Source: Minisyncoccia bacterium (GTDB taxonomy: Bacteria; Patescibacteriota; Minisyncoccia; Phycocordibacterales; UBA9973). Taken from it: a stretch of DNA of 64,000 bases. Where the stretch lies: positions 1,822 through 65,821 of the forward strand of contig JBBRWS010000005.1 of NCBI GenBank assembly GCA_038249055.1, read 5' to 3'. The notes beneath the pieces are model-generated. The model saw nothing but the letters and a program-made list of their open reading frames with translations. It searched no databases and was not told the DNA's origin. A program made the translations under genes and the position numbers. Below, piece after piece: positions 9,831 to 18,991 of this stretch (position 1 is its first letter; each line of letters opens with the position of its first letter).

Positions 9831-10928
9831 CTACTTATTCATTGGCATAACTAAATACATAAAAGAAGGATCTCCTACTCCTTTAATAATCATTGGTTTA
9901 TTACTTCCATCCAGCTCAATACTTAAACTGTCTCCGGAAATAGATTGAAAGCAGTCTAATATATATTTATAATTAAAATTAGCAGAAACACTGTCTCCTG
10001 ATAATGCTCCAGATATTTGAGTTGTATTTTCTCCTACATCAATATTTTTTGATTCTATTTCAAATACTTTATCATTTGGTTTAATGGTTAAAATAATTTG
10101 ATTATATTTACCCGAAAAAATATTAGATATTTTTAAAGATGAAATAAAGTCTTGTTTTAAAACAATAGCTTGAGTTGTTGGATTTTTAGGAATAATTTGT
10201 TTATAGTCTGGAAAACTTCCATCCACAATGCGTGAGGTTAAATAAATGTTTTCTACAGAAAAAGATATTTGGTTTTTTTGAAGTGTAACTTTAATATCAT
10301 CCTCTATTCCATCAAAAACTTTTATTATTTCAACCACGTTTTTATAAGGTATTAATATACCAGAAAAAGATAGTTTTTGTTTTATTTTTATTTTCTTTTC
10401 TGCTAAACGGAAAGAATCAGTTGAAACAAAAACCAACATATCATCTTCTGGATAAATATAAACACTTCCTATTTCTGGTTTTATTTCTGAAATAGAAGCA
10501 CTATAATAAACTGATTTAATGCCGTCAATAAATTTTTTTGTTTGGATTAAAAAACTTTCTCCCTCCACTATTGGTATAGTTGGAAAGTCTTCATGTGAAA
10601 TACTTTTCAATAAAATTGTACTTGTTTTTGTTTTAACTAATAAGTTTCCATTTATTAATTCAAAACTAACCATTAAGTCTCCTTGTAAAATAGAAAACAA
10701 AGAAGATAAAATATCTCCACGAACAGCAACAACTCCTTCTTTTTCTATTTTAGCAGGAATTTCAATCTCTATTCCTATATTTAAATTTGTAGCCCTAAGT
10801 TTTAATGTTTTACCGGTAGCAACCCATAAAACAGAACCGAGAACAGGGAGTGTTAAATTTTTACCTGTTATTCTTTCTACTGAAACTAATGCTTTTTTAA
10901 TTCTATCTATTGAACATTCTATTTTCAT
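9831..10928 (-). CDS. dnaN: DNA polymerase III beta clamp
   Basis: LPVL, ATNL, EDFP, STDSFRLA, G.FPDY, YLVMPM. Confidence 0.98.
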   Translation of the reverse strand: MKIECSIDRIKKALVSVERITGKNLTLPVLGSVLWVATGKTLKLRATNLNIGIEIEIPAKIEKEGVVAVRGDILSSLFSILQGDLMVSFELINGNLLVKTKTSTILLKSISHEDFPTIPIVEGESFLIQTKKFIDGIKSVYYSASISEIKPEIGSVYIYPEDDMLVFVSTDSFRLAEKKIKIKQKLSFSGILIPYKNVVEIIKVFDGIEDDIKVTLQKNQISFSVENIYLTSRIVDGSFPDYKQIIPKNPTTQAIVLKQDFISSLKISNIFSGKYNQIILTIKPNDKVFEIESKNIDVGENTTQISGALSGDSVSANFNYKYILDCFQSISGDSLSIELDGSNKPMIIKGVGDPSFMYLVMPMNK

Positions 10929-11180
10929 AATATTTTTTTTATTAAATGACTAATTGTAATCTACTATTGTTTATAACTTATATATTAATACTTACTATTA
11001 CTATTATAGGTGTGAATATGTGAATTACTAATAAACACAATAAAACTAAACCTTTTTTTATAATTATTAATTTAATTATAATTATAACTTGTTGATTATT
11101 TTTTCTTTTTTAAATTAACAACTATTTTTCCACATTTTTAATTTCTTTAAACACAACTTTTCCACAGACTTATTAGTTTT
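10929..11180. other. Probable replication origin oriC
   Basis: dnaA-dnaN intergenic; degenerate DnaA boxes (two TTTTCCACA near 11125 and 11158, tandem TGTGAATAT/TGTGAATTA 11011-11027) next to a 3-mer repeat (DnaA-trio-like, 10989-11007) and an AT-rich tract. Confidence 0.75.
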
Positions 11181-12554
11181 TTATTTAAACATAATTCTAA
11201 TCTTTTCTATTTCTTGTAATAAAGATGGATCTGTTTTTAAATCCACCTTTATTTTTAAATGAGAGTGGATTACGGTTGTGTGGTCTCTATCCCCTAATTT
11301 TTGACCTATTAATGGATATGAAATATTAAAATCTTCACGAAGTAAATACATTGCAACTTGCCTAGCTCTAACAATTTCTTTTCTTCTTGTTTTTTCATAA
11401 ATAACTTCTTCCGCAAGGCCGTAATGGTCTGCTACAATTTTAACAATATCTTTAATAGCAACAGTTTTTTTAGGTCTAATGTTGTTTTTTATAAGTGTTT
11501 TAACTTCAGATAAAGTTAATGCTCTATTTTTTAATTGAGACTGACAAATAACAGTATTTAAACTACCCTCAAGTTCTCTTATGTTCCCTTCTAGTGATTC
11601 TGCTAAAGAAGAAACTATTTCTGGTTCAATTATACAATTAGTAGATTCAAATTTTGCTTTTATTATAGCAACACGAGATTCATAATCTGGTTCAACTATT
11701 TGAACCGTCATACCAGAAGCAAAACGAGACTGTAATCTGTCCTCAAGTCCTTGAATAAAATTTGGGTGCTTATCAGAAGAAAAAATTATTTGTTTATTGT
11801 TTTCATATAAGGTATTAAAAAGATGAAATAGCTCTTCTTGTGTTTTGTCTTTTCCAGAGATAAATTGAATATCGTCCATTATAATTACATCATATTTTCT
11901 ATATTTTTCTTTAAATGAATTAGGGTTTTTATTTTGAATAGAATTTATATAATCGATAGTAAACCGCTCTAAAGAAACATAATAAACCTTTTTTAAAGGG
12001 TGGTTTATTTTAATAGTATTACCTATTGCTTGAATCATGTGTGTTTTACCCAACCCTGTTCCCCCATAAACAAAAAAAGGATTATAGTTTTGACCAGGGT
12101 TTGTTATTATTGCTTGAGCAACAGCATAAGCAAGCTCATTAAAAGGGCCAACAATAAAAGAATTAAAATTATATTTGGGGTTTAAATTATCTTCTTTGTT
12201 TATATATAAATCATTTAAAGGAAGTTCTTTGTTTATGTTTACGGGTGTTTTTATTATAACCCGATCATTATTTTTAATTTCTTGATCATATTTTGATTCT
12301 TGTTTGTGTATAAAATATTCAACACCACGAATACTATCTTCGTTACCAATAAGAGTTTTTAGAATAAGTTTATGAAATTTATTATAAAGCCAATCTTTAA
12401 CAAATTCATTTGGAACTCCTACGTGAATAACACCTGCATCTTCCTTTATTATATAGGTATTTTTGAACCAAGTTGTAAAATTAGCTTTTGAAATACTTAA
12501 TTCAATTTCTAATAGGCACTTGTTCCAGAGTTCTTTTGTTTCCATAGGGCCCAT
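11181..12554 (-). CDS. dnaA: Chromosomal replication initiator DnaA
   Basis: YNPFFVYGGTGLGKTH, DDIQF, QEELFHLFN, NIRELEG, RDHTTV. Confidence 0.99.
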   Translation of the reverse strand: MGPMETKELWNKCLLEIELSISKANFTTWFKNTYIIKEDAGVIHVGVPNEFVKDWLYNKFHKLILKTLIGNEDSIRGVEYFIHKQESKYDQEIKNNDRVIIKTPVNINKELPLNDLYINKEDNLNPKYNFNSFIVGPFNELAYAVAQAIITNPGQNYNPFFVYGGTGLGKTHMIQAIGNTIKINHPLKKVYYVSLERFTIDYINSIQNKNPNSFKEKYRKYDVIIMDDIQFISGKDKTQEELFHLFNTLYENNKQIIFSSDKHPNFIQGLEDRLQSRFASGMTVQIVEPDYESRVAIIKAKFESTNCIIEPEIVSSLAESLEGNIRELEGSLNTVICQSQLKNRALTLSEVKTLIKNNIRPKKTVAIKDIVKIVADHYGLAEEVIYEKTRRKEIVRARQVAMYLLREDFNISYPLIGQKLGDRDHTTVIHSHLKIKVDLKTDPSLLQEIEKIRIMFK

Positions 12555-12672
12555 TATACATTGTTTTTGGGTTCTTCAATAATAAAATACCTTAATTAAC
12601 ATGTTGATATCATGTGGATATGTTTTTGTTTTTATGTTGCAATATTGAGTAATATAGTATATATTATCCAAT

Positions 12673-12813
12673 ATGTCTCAAACGTACCAACCAAATAAAA
12701 GAAAAAGAGCAAAAACACATGGCTTTCTTGTTCGAGCTAAAACACCAAACGGCAGAAAAGTAAACACTGCACGACGCCAAAAAGGTAGAGCAAACGTATC
12801 AATAAAGAAATAA
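12673..12813 (+). CDS. rpmH: 50S ribosomal protein L34 (not in ORF track)
   Basis: [46 protein letters not shown]; divergent from dnaA. Confidence 0.97.
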   Translation: MSQTYQPNKRKRAKTHGFLVRAKTPNGRKVNTARRQKGRANVSIKK

Positions 12814-12815
12814 AT

Positions 12816-13136
12816 ATGCTTCCAAAAAAAAAGCGGGTAACAAAAGGGGTTTTTCAAGTCCTATTAAAGGAAGGAAAAACTTTTTCTACCAAGCTTTTTT
12901 TGTTGTATTTTATAAAAAATGAAACCCCTCAATATGCGGTAGTTGCACCCAAAGGGGTGTTTAAAAGTGCAGTAAAAAGAAATAAATTTAGAAGAATTGG
13001 TTATAATATTCTTCGTTCCCTTCCAATAAAGTCAGGTATTGGGGTATTTATGTATAAAAAACAAGCAATTACAGCTGAAAACCTAGAAATAAAGGAAAAT
13101 ATTATATCTTTATTAAAAAAAATAAATATTATTTAA
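12816..13136 (+). CDS. rnpA: Ribonuclease P protein component
   Basis: MLPKKKRV, SAVKRNKFRR motif, synteny after rpmH. Confidence 0.9.
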   Translation: MLPKKKRVTKGVFQVLLKEGKTFSTKLFLLYFIKNETPQYAVVAPKGVFKSAVKRNKFRRIGYNILRSLPIKSGIGVFMYKKQAITAENLEIKENIISLLKKINII

Positions 13137-13343
13137 ATGACTAAAATTATTGTTTGGTTAATAAATGTTTATCAAAAAACACCATTAAGGTCTCATTCAT
13201 CCTGTGTTTTTTTGCCAACGTGTTCAGAGTATACAAAACAATCTGTATTAAAATACGGGGCTTTTATGGGCATTACAAGAGGTTTTATAAGGATATTACG
13301 CTGTCATCCTTGGCAAAAGAACCACTATGATCCGGTTAAATAA
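13137..13343 (+). CDS. yidD: Membrane protein insertion efficiency factor
   Basis: C.F.PTCSEY...KYG...RILRCHPW...YDPV. Confidence 0.95.
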   Translation: MTKIIVWLINVYQKTPLRSHSSCVFLPTCSEYTKQSVLKYGAFMGITRGFIRILRCHPWQKNHYDPVK

Positions 13344-13437
13344 TTAAGAATTAATAATTAATAATTACGAACTGGAAACAACAAAGGAATAATCACAATC
13401 CTTTCTACTTTTTAACTTCTTATGATACAATAGACGA

Positions 13438-14178
13438 ATGTCAGAACTATGGAATACTGCATTTTACGAGCCAATATATAACATACTTATCTTTATAATT
13501 AACAACGTCACCTTTGGCGATGTTGGTTTTGCTGTTATTTTAGTGACTATTATTGTTAAATTAATACTCTCCCCTCTTACAAAAAAATCTATAAAAAGTC
13601 AGATTCTTATGAAGAGAATGGAGCCTGAAATAAAACAGATTAAAAAAGATTATCCAAACAAAGAAGAACAAGCCAAGCAAACATTTTTATTGTATAAAAA
13701 ATACGGGACAAACCCTTTTTCTGGTTGTTTAGTAATAATTCTTCAGCTACCAATTATTTTTGCTTTGTATTATGTTTTTTATAACGGTCTTTCTATTGAT
13801 GCCACTAAAATATATTCATTTATTCAAATACCCACTAACCTCTATACAAACTTTTTGGGCTTATTGGAAATGGGACAGAAAAGTATCTTTTTAGGATTAT
13901 TGGCTGGAGTAACACAATTTATACAAGGATATCTTGCAATCCCAATAAAAGCGAAGGTTGAAATTGTAACGGGTGCTGATTTAAATACTCCAAAAACTTT
14001 TCAAGAACAACTTTCAGATAGTATGCAAATGAACGTAAAATATATACTCCCTGTGTTTATAGCCTTTATAGCTTGGAAGATTTCTGCAGCAGTAGCATTG
14101 TATTGGGTTACAAGTAACATTTTTACAATTGTTCAAGAATGGTATATTCGAAGACAATTAGAAAAGAATTCAATATAA
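13438..14178 (+). CDS. yidC: Membrane protein insertase YidC/Oxa1
   Basis: NPFSGCL..ILQLPI, ALYWVTSN, synteny. Confidence 0.95.
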   Translation: MSELWNTAFYEPIYNILIFIINNVTFGDVGFAVILVTIIVKLILSPLTKKSIKSQILMKRMEPEIKQIKKDYPNKEEQAKQTFLLYKKYGTNPFSGCLVIILQLPIIFALYYVFYNGLSIDATKIYSFIQIPTNLYTNFLGLLEMGQKSIFLGLLAGVTQFIQGYLAIPIKAKVEIVTGADLNTPKTFQEQLSDSMQMNVKYILPVFIAFIAWKISAAVALYWVTSNIFTIVQEWYIRRQLEKNSI

Positions 14179-14190
14179 ATATTTATTTAT

Positions 14191-14289
14191 CCCGATAGAA
14201 ATTTAACAAACAAACAAAACATGGTAAGTTTTAAAGGGATAAAAATAAAGTAAGTCCAAACCATTAGCAACTAATAAATTTCACACGGG
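14191..14289 (+). mobile_element. Degenerate CCCG-ended miniature element abutting jag start codon
   Basis: ATTTAT-cccgatagaaattta...taaatttcacacggg-ATGTAT (12/15 inverted match, 5/6 direct flank match). Confidence 0.55.
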
Positions 14290-14763
14290 ATGTATAAAAA
14301 TAAAATAAAAGAAACAGTTGAAGAAATTTTTAAACACACAGCATGTACTATTACTAAGTGTGAGTTTTCTGAAGAAAGCGGAATGCTTTGGTGTATGATA
14401 GAAACACCAGATTCAAGTTATATGATTGGAAGAGAAGGAGAAACACTTCGTTCTTTAAATCACGTCGTTCAAAAAATAGTAGAGAAAGATGTAATAAAAA
14501 CAGAGGAAAAAGGGCCAAGTATTTTTATTGATATCAATGGCTATCAAAAAAAACGATTCGAAAATTTAAAAAACATAGCTCACATGATGGCTGAACGCGC
14601 AAGATATTTTAAGAGTAATATTGAAATTGATCCAATGCCAGCATTTGAAAGAAGAATAATACACATGTTTTTAGAAGGAATTAAAGATATAAAAACAGAG
14701 TCAGAAGGATATGGTCCAACAAGAAGAGTGGTTATTAAGTACATCGGTGATAGTAGTATGTAG
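14290..14763 (+). CDS. jag: Jag/KhpB-like KH-R3H RNA-binding protein
   Basis: IGREGETL KH motif, ERRIIH R3H, TESEG.GP.RRVVI. Confidence 0.9.
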   Translation: MYKNKIKETVEEIFKHTACTITKCEFSEESGMLWCMIETPDSSYMIGREGETLRSLNHVVQKIVEKDVIKTEEKGPSIFIDINGYQKKRFENLKNIAHMMAERARYFKSNIEIDPMPAFERRIIHMFLEGIKDIKTESEGYGPTRRVVIKYIGDSSM

Positions 14764-14799
14764 TAAGTAGTAAGGAAAAAAATAAATTTAATAAATACA

Positions 14800-14836
14800 A
14801 AACAAAAAACTTAGACATTGTCTAAGTTTTTTGTTT
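14800..14836. terminator. Bidirectional terminator
   Basis: AAACAAAAAACTTAGAC-att-GTCTAAGTTTTTTGTTT between convergent genes. Confidence 0.8.
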
Positions 14837-14878
14837 GATGCTACCCATACTACATATTACTTTCTACCTTATCCCCTA

Positions 14879-16384
14879 TTAATTTAGTTTCAAACTCCAC
14901 AAAGTGGAATCCTTTTTGTTTGTAAAGAATAATGTATTTTCTGATTTATCTAAAAACAAATTAGTACCGTCGACAGATTTTTCATCTGAAGAATTTGCGA
15001 GTGTTTCTACACTACCATCTACTGTGTTTATTTTTATAAAATAATCATCAAAAGAAATAAGCCCTTGATACCAATAATCAGGATATTGATTACCTTTGAT
15101 GACATTTGGTACAGCACAGTAAATATTAACATTATCAATACTCCAAACACATTTTTCTGGTAAACCAAAGGTTTTAAGATCTTTTGTTGTATTTTTTTCA
15201 ATATCAAAAATACCAAGCTTTGGTCCTTCTGTTGTTGATACACTGTATAAAACAATAGAACCACTTTTGTTAATTAAGGTTGTTAGTCCTTCAATTCCAC
15301 CAAATATTTTTGAAATTGTTTTATTTGTTGTATTTAAAATAAACATACTACCAGGAACACTATAAGACGGTTTTGTTGTTAGGTATATTCTTTGGCGATT
15401 ATCCCATTGCGACAACCACTCCGTAAAAGGAGAAGAGAAAACATTATCTTTTCTAGACTCCCCAAAAGTTCCAGTAGTACCAGTTACCCCGTTACTATTT
15501 TCTGTTAAATAAAAGAATTTAGTTTTATCAATCGATATACTTAAATCGGAAATATTTTGTGGTAAAAATTCTCCATTTGAAGTACTTAATGTTGCTAGAT
15601 AAGTGTTTATTAATTTTTCACTAGAAAGATATCTATAGATAACTGTTTGACCCGTTTTATCAAAAAATGCTTCATAAATACTAGGAATTGTTGAGTTTGA
15701 AATTTTTTCCTTTGTTTTTGTGTCTAAAAACATTTTATATATATGACCATTTAACCTTTCTACATATCTTATGGAAGGAGCTTCTTCATAAAGACTTTTT
15801 TCTAAAGAACTTCCATTGGGCTGTACTGTTTTTGTAAAAAAAGGAGCAGTTTCTGTGTCTATTTTACCTGTAATAGTTAAATTATTTAATTTTTGAAAAG
15901 CTTTTATTGCTTCTATTGCTTTTTTACCCAAAGCACCATCTACTACTAATGGTGGCACAAGCGACAATTTTTCATTTAAAATTATTTGGATTTCTTTTCT
16001 TCCTTCTTTTGTCAGTGGATTGATTACTATCTGAATAGGCTCAGGTTGAGCTTCAACTGCAGTGTTTGGGTTGATTTCTATTAACCTTGTATCTTCCATA
16101 AAGGTAGCACCAGCCACAGCAAAATCCGTTATTTGAGAGAATCTTGATATTTGTGGTGTACTTCCGTTTTGGCCAGGTTCTTGACCTCCTGTTGTACCTG
16201 ATGTGTTAACAGGTGGTTCTGTTTGCCCTCCTCCACCAAAAGGATAAAATGTTTGATACCAAGGAACATCAACTTTAGTTGTTCCATCAGTTGGAGTTTT
16301 TTTCCCTAATAAATAAAGTCCAAAAACCATCGCTCCAACGATTGCAAACACTGTTGTAAAAATAATGATTGTTTTTTTAGGCAT
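14879..16384 (-). CDS. Membrane-anchored protein with peptidoglycan-binding domain and beta-propeller-like region
   Basis: N-terminal TM; LVVDGALG...AIKAFQ..N.L.ITG.ID.ET PG_binding_1 motif. Confidence 0.8.
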   Translation of the reverse strand: MPKKTIIIFTTVFAIVGAMVFGLYLLGKKTPTDGTTKVDVPWYQTFYPFGGGGQTEPPVNTSGTTGGQEPGQNGSTPQISRFSQITDFAVAGATFMEDTRLIEINPNTAVEAQPEPIQIVINPLTKEGRKEIQIILNEKLSLVPPLVVDGALGKKAIEAIKAFQKLNNLTITGKIDTETAPFFTKTVQPNGSSLEKSLYEEAPSIRYVERLNGHIYKMFLDTKTKEKISNSTIPSIYEAFFDKTGQTVIYRYLSSEKLINTYLATLSTSNGEFLPQNISDLSISIDKTKFFYLTENSNGVTGTTGTFGESRKDNVFSSPFTEWLSQWDNRQRIYLTTKPSYSVPGSMFILNTTNKTISKIFGGIEGLTTLINKSGSIVLYSVSTTEGPKLGIFDIEKNTTKDLKTFGLPEKCVWSIDNVNIYCAVPNVIKGNQYPDYWYQGLISFDDYFIKINTVDGSVETLANSSDEKSVDGTNLFLDKSENTLFFTNKKDSTLWSLKLN

Positions 16385-16393
16385 AACTATTTT

Positions 16394-17875
16394 TTAATTA
16401 AAAGCAGAACCGCAATATCTTTTATCACCAAGCCAAGCACTTTTATTTGCTGTGTATAAACTTTTTGCAATCTCTAAGTTTTTAGTTGAATCTAGTAGTA
16501 TATTTTTACATTTTTCATATAATGCTTCTTTTCCTGGTAGTAAAGAACAACTAAAACCATTATTATATTTTGGCTCTATTGCATCTTTTCCGGCTACTTT
16601 TTTATCAAACAAACCTACACATTCACTTCCCGCAAGTATACCATTTGCAGATAAATTTATTTGAAATAAACCAAAAGAAAAAGGTGTTTTACCTGGATTG
16701 CAAACATCGGTTCCACTGATTGCGTTTGTTCCACTACTTTCCATATTACAAATTTTTGACATTGCTACTGCATCATTCGGAAAATATTTAGTTAAATTTT
16801 GAACGGTGCAAGGAGAGCTAGGAGTTGTAACTGGTGTGCAGCGAATACTTTCACCATTTGAATTTTTGGGATCAGCAATACCTCTATCGTATAAAGGTTC
16901 GATACTCGCATTAACTGATTTAATGTTTATACCACCCTTCCCTAACAAGTCAGGGTTTATAGTATTTAACAAAGCGTAAGAACCAAGAGCAATTAATAAA
17001 CCTAAAATTGCCGAAGTAATTCTACTCTTGGCCTCAGTTTTTCCAAAAATAGATTCATCTCCCATATATTGAACTCCACCAATAACAATCATAATGACAG
17101 CAAGAACTCCACAAAGACCGATGGCCATTAAAAATATAGTATTAAAATATTCACCTATATTTTCAGGTGCAGTAGTTAATTTTCCTATAGGTGCTAGGAG
17201 TTTATATACCGCCGGTGTTTTGTTTGAAATATCTGTTTTAGGTGTTACAACAAAAGGTTTATCGTCTGTTCCAAGAGGTAAAATTTCTAAAAATTTTCCA
17301 TCCTCCAAGCAAGTTGCACCGTCACATTCGTAATATAGATTACCACTGGGTTTATTTAATGACTGATAAACAACACTACCATCTTTGTATAATTTAAAAT
17401 ATAAATTACAATCAAAACCTGGTCCATGTTCGCACACCTCTTCACCCAGTTGAATATGTATTGCAGAGTTGTCTGTTGGAAGTTTAATGTTTTGTTCATA
17501 TAAACCAGAATCAGTTAGAGGGTCATCAAAAGCCAGACCATCAGTTTCATAAACACTAAAAGAGATATCTGGGTAATTAATACAATCTTTTGTCTTAATT
17601 ATAATATCAGCAGTAGTTGTTCCTTCTTTAAAAAATCCATCTGGTTGTTCACCATACGGATCCCACCCAGCTGAATTAATAGTACAATCGGCTGCAGAAA
17701 CAAGGTTTTTTTGAAAAGATAAGTTATTAAAACCACTTAAGACGATATTAAAAGGTAATAAAATATTAAATATTAAAAAAACTATTAATATATAAAATGA
17801 TGTTTTTTTCATCACATTAGAAACTAATGATAATGAATTATTTTTTACTATTATATTTTTTTTATTAATTTTCAT
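16394..17875 (-). CDS. Pilin-like (TrbC/VirB2-type) domain fused to lysozyme/SLT-like domain
   Basis: GLCGVLAVIMIVIGGVQYM...AKSRI..AILGLLIAL..Y.LL.TINP; C-terminal ICNMESSG, SFGLFQIN. Confidence 0.75.
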   Translation of the reverse strand: MKINKKNIIVKNNSLSLVSNVMKKTSFYILIVFLIFNILLPFNIVLSGFNNLSFQKNLVSAADCTINSAGWDPYGEQPDGFFKEGTTTADIIIKTKDCINYPDISFSVYETDGLAFDDPLTDSGLYEQNIKLPTDNSAIHIQLGEEVCEHGPGFDCNLYFKLYKDGSVVYQSLNKPSGNLYYECDGATCLEDGKFLEILPLGTDDKPFVVTPKTDISNKTPAVYKLLAPIGKLTTAPENIGEYFNTIFLMAIGLCGVLAVIMIVIGGVQYMGDESIFGKTEAKSRITSAILGLLIALGSYALLNTINPDLLGKGGINIKSVNASIEPLYDRGIADPKNSNGESIRCTPVTTPSSPCTVQNLTKYFPNDAVAMSKICNMESSGTNAISGTDVCNPGKTPFSFGLFQINLSANGILAGSECVGLFDKKVAGKDAIEPKYNNGFSCSLLPGKEALYEKCKNILLDSTKNLEIAKSLYTANKSAWLGDKRYCGSAFN

Positions 17876-17907
17876 ATTTTTTACTATAGTTTCTAACTAG
17901 ACAGATA

Positions 17908-18939
17908 TTACAAATTTATTTTTAATTGATTACTAGCTTTTTGGAATAATTCATTCATGTTTTCCATTGTAAAATTTATAGTCGCATATCCTCCACGTGA
18001 AGCCGGTCTAATGGTTAATTCGTTTCTTTTTGAAGGAGTTAATATATCTTCACTGTTTATTTTCCAATTATAACTAAAATCAGATTCATTTCCTTTTGTT
18101 GAAAAAAAATAAGGTTCAGCAACTACGGTCATTTCATCCTCATTCATAACAGTTTCTTTGTCAAGGGCATTATTATATAATATTCCCTCCGTTGGTGATT
18201 TTTTGTAAAATATTACAGTTGGTTTATACATAGGTATTTCTATTGTATTTTCTGATCCATAATTTCCACCAACAGCAGAAGCAGTTACTGATATTTGACT
18301 TTTTTCATCAAAAATACTATTTTTAAAAACATAAGAATTTTTACCATAACCAGAGGCATCTAGGTTGGTTTGACTATTATTTTTCCAAGTATATGAAATA
18401 TTTCCACTTCCAGATTTTATGCTATTAGTGTTAGGTATTGCTACTGCTCTAACAAGATCACCCATAATCGGTAAGGCTTTACCTTTGTAAAATGGAGGTG
18501 TATATCCATTAATAGATTCCCACATTATTTCAACTTCCGAAGGAATTATAATAATTTTTTTTGTTATTGTATTTAAAGACCCCACTAGCCTAATACTTAT
18601 ATTTATAATACTTGTAACATCTGGACCTTGTGCTTTAAAGGTATAGCTTTTTTTACCGATACCAGAAAGACTTGTAGTAGAGTCGGTTTGCCATGTTATT
18701 ATGGCTTTATTCAAATCAGTTGCGTAACTAGATAGAGTGATTGTCACATCTTGATATGGTTGCGGATTATTTGGAACTGTTTCAACATTAATTTCACCTT
18801 CTTGTACTTCTATTTGTGTCTCCGCAAAAGAAAAACCGGGCATATTTATTATTCCTAGAATAAAAAACCCAATAAGAAAAAATTTTATTTTTATAAATTT
18901 CACTATGTATATTATATAATAATCTTGTAAACCAAACAA
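17908..18939 (-). CDS. Secreted beta-rich (Ig-like) hypothetical protein
   Basis: Signal-like N-terminus, repeated Y.W..N motifs; start codon uncertain. Confidence 0.7.
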   Translation of the reverse strand: MFGLQDYYIIYIVKFIKIKFFLIGFFILGIINMPGFSFAETQIEVQEGEINVETVPNNPQPYQDVTITLSSYATDLNKAIITWQTDSTTSLSGIGKKSYTFKAQGPDVTSIINISIRLVGSLNTITKKIIIIPSEVEIMWESINGYTPPFYKGKALPIMGDLVRAVAIPNTNSIKSGSGNISYTWKNNSQTNLDASGYGKNSYVFKNSIFDEKSQISVTASAVGGNYGSENTIEIPMYKPTVIFYKKSPTEGILYNNALDKETVMNEDEMTVVAEPYFFSTKGNESDFSYNWKINSEDILTPSKRNELTIRPASRGGYATINFTMENMNELFQKASNQLKINL

Positions 18940-18991
18940 CTAAAGAAAGTAATATGTAGAAAGTAGAAAGAATATAAATCTATAATAAATA

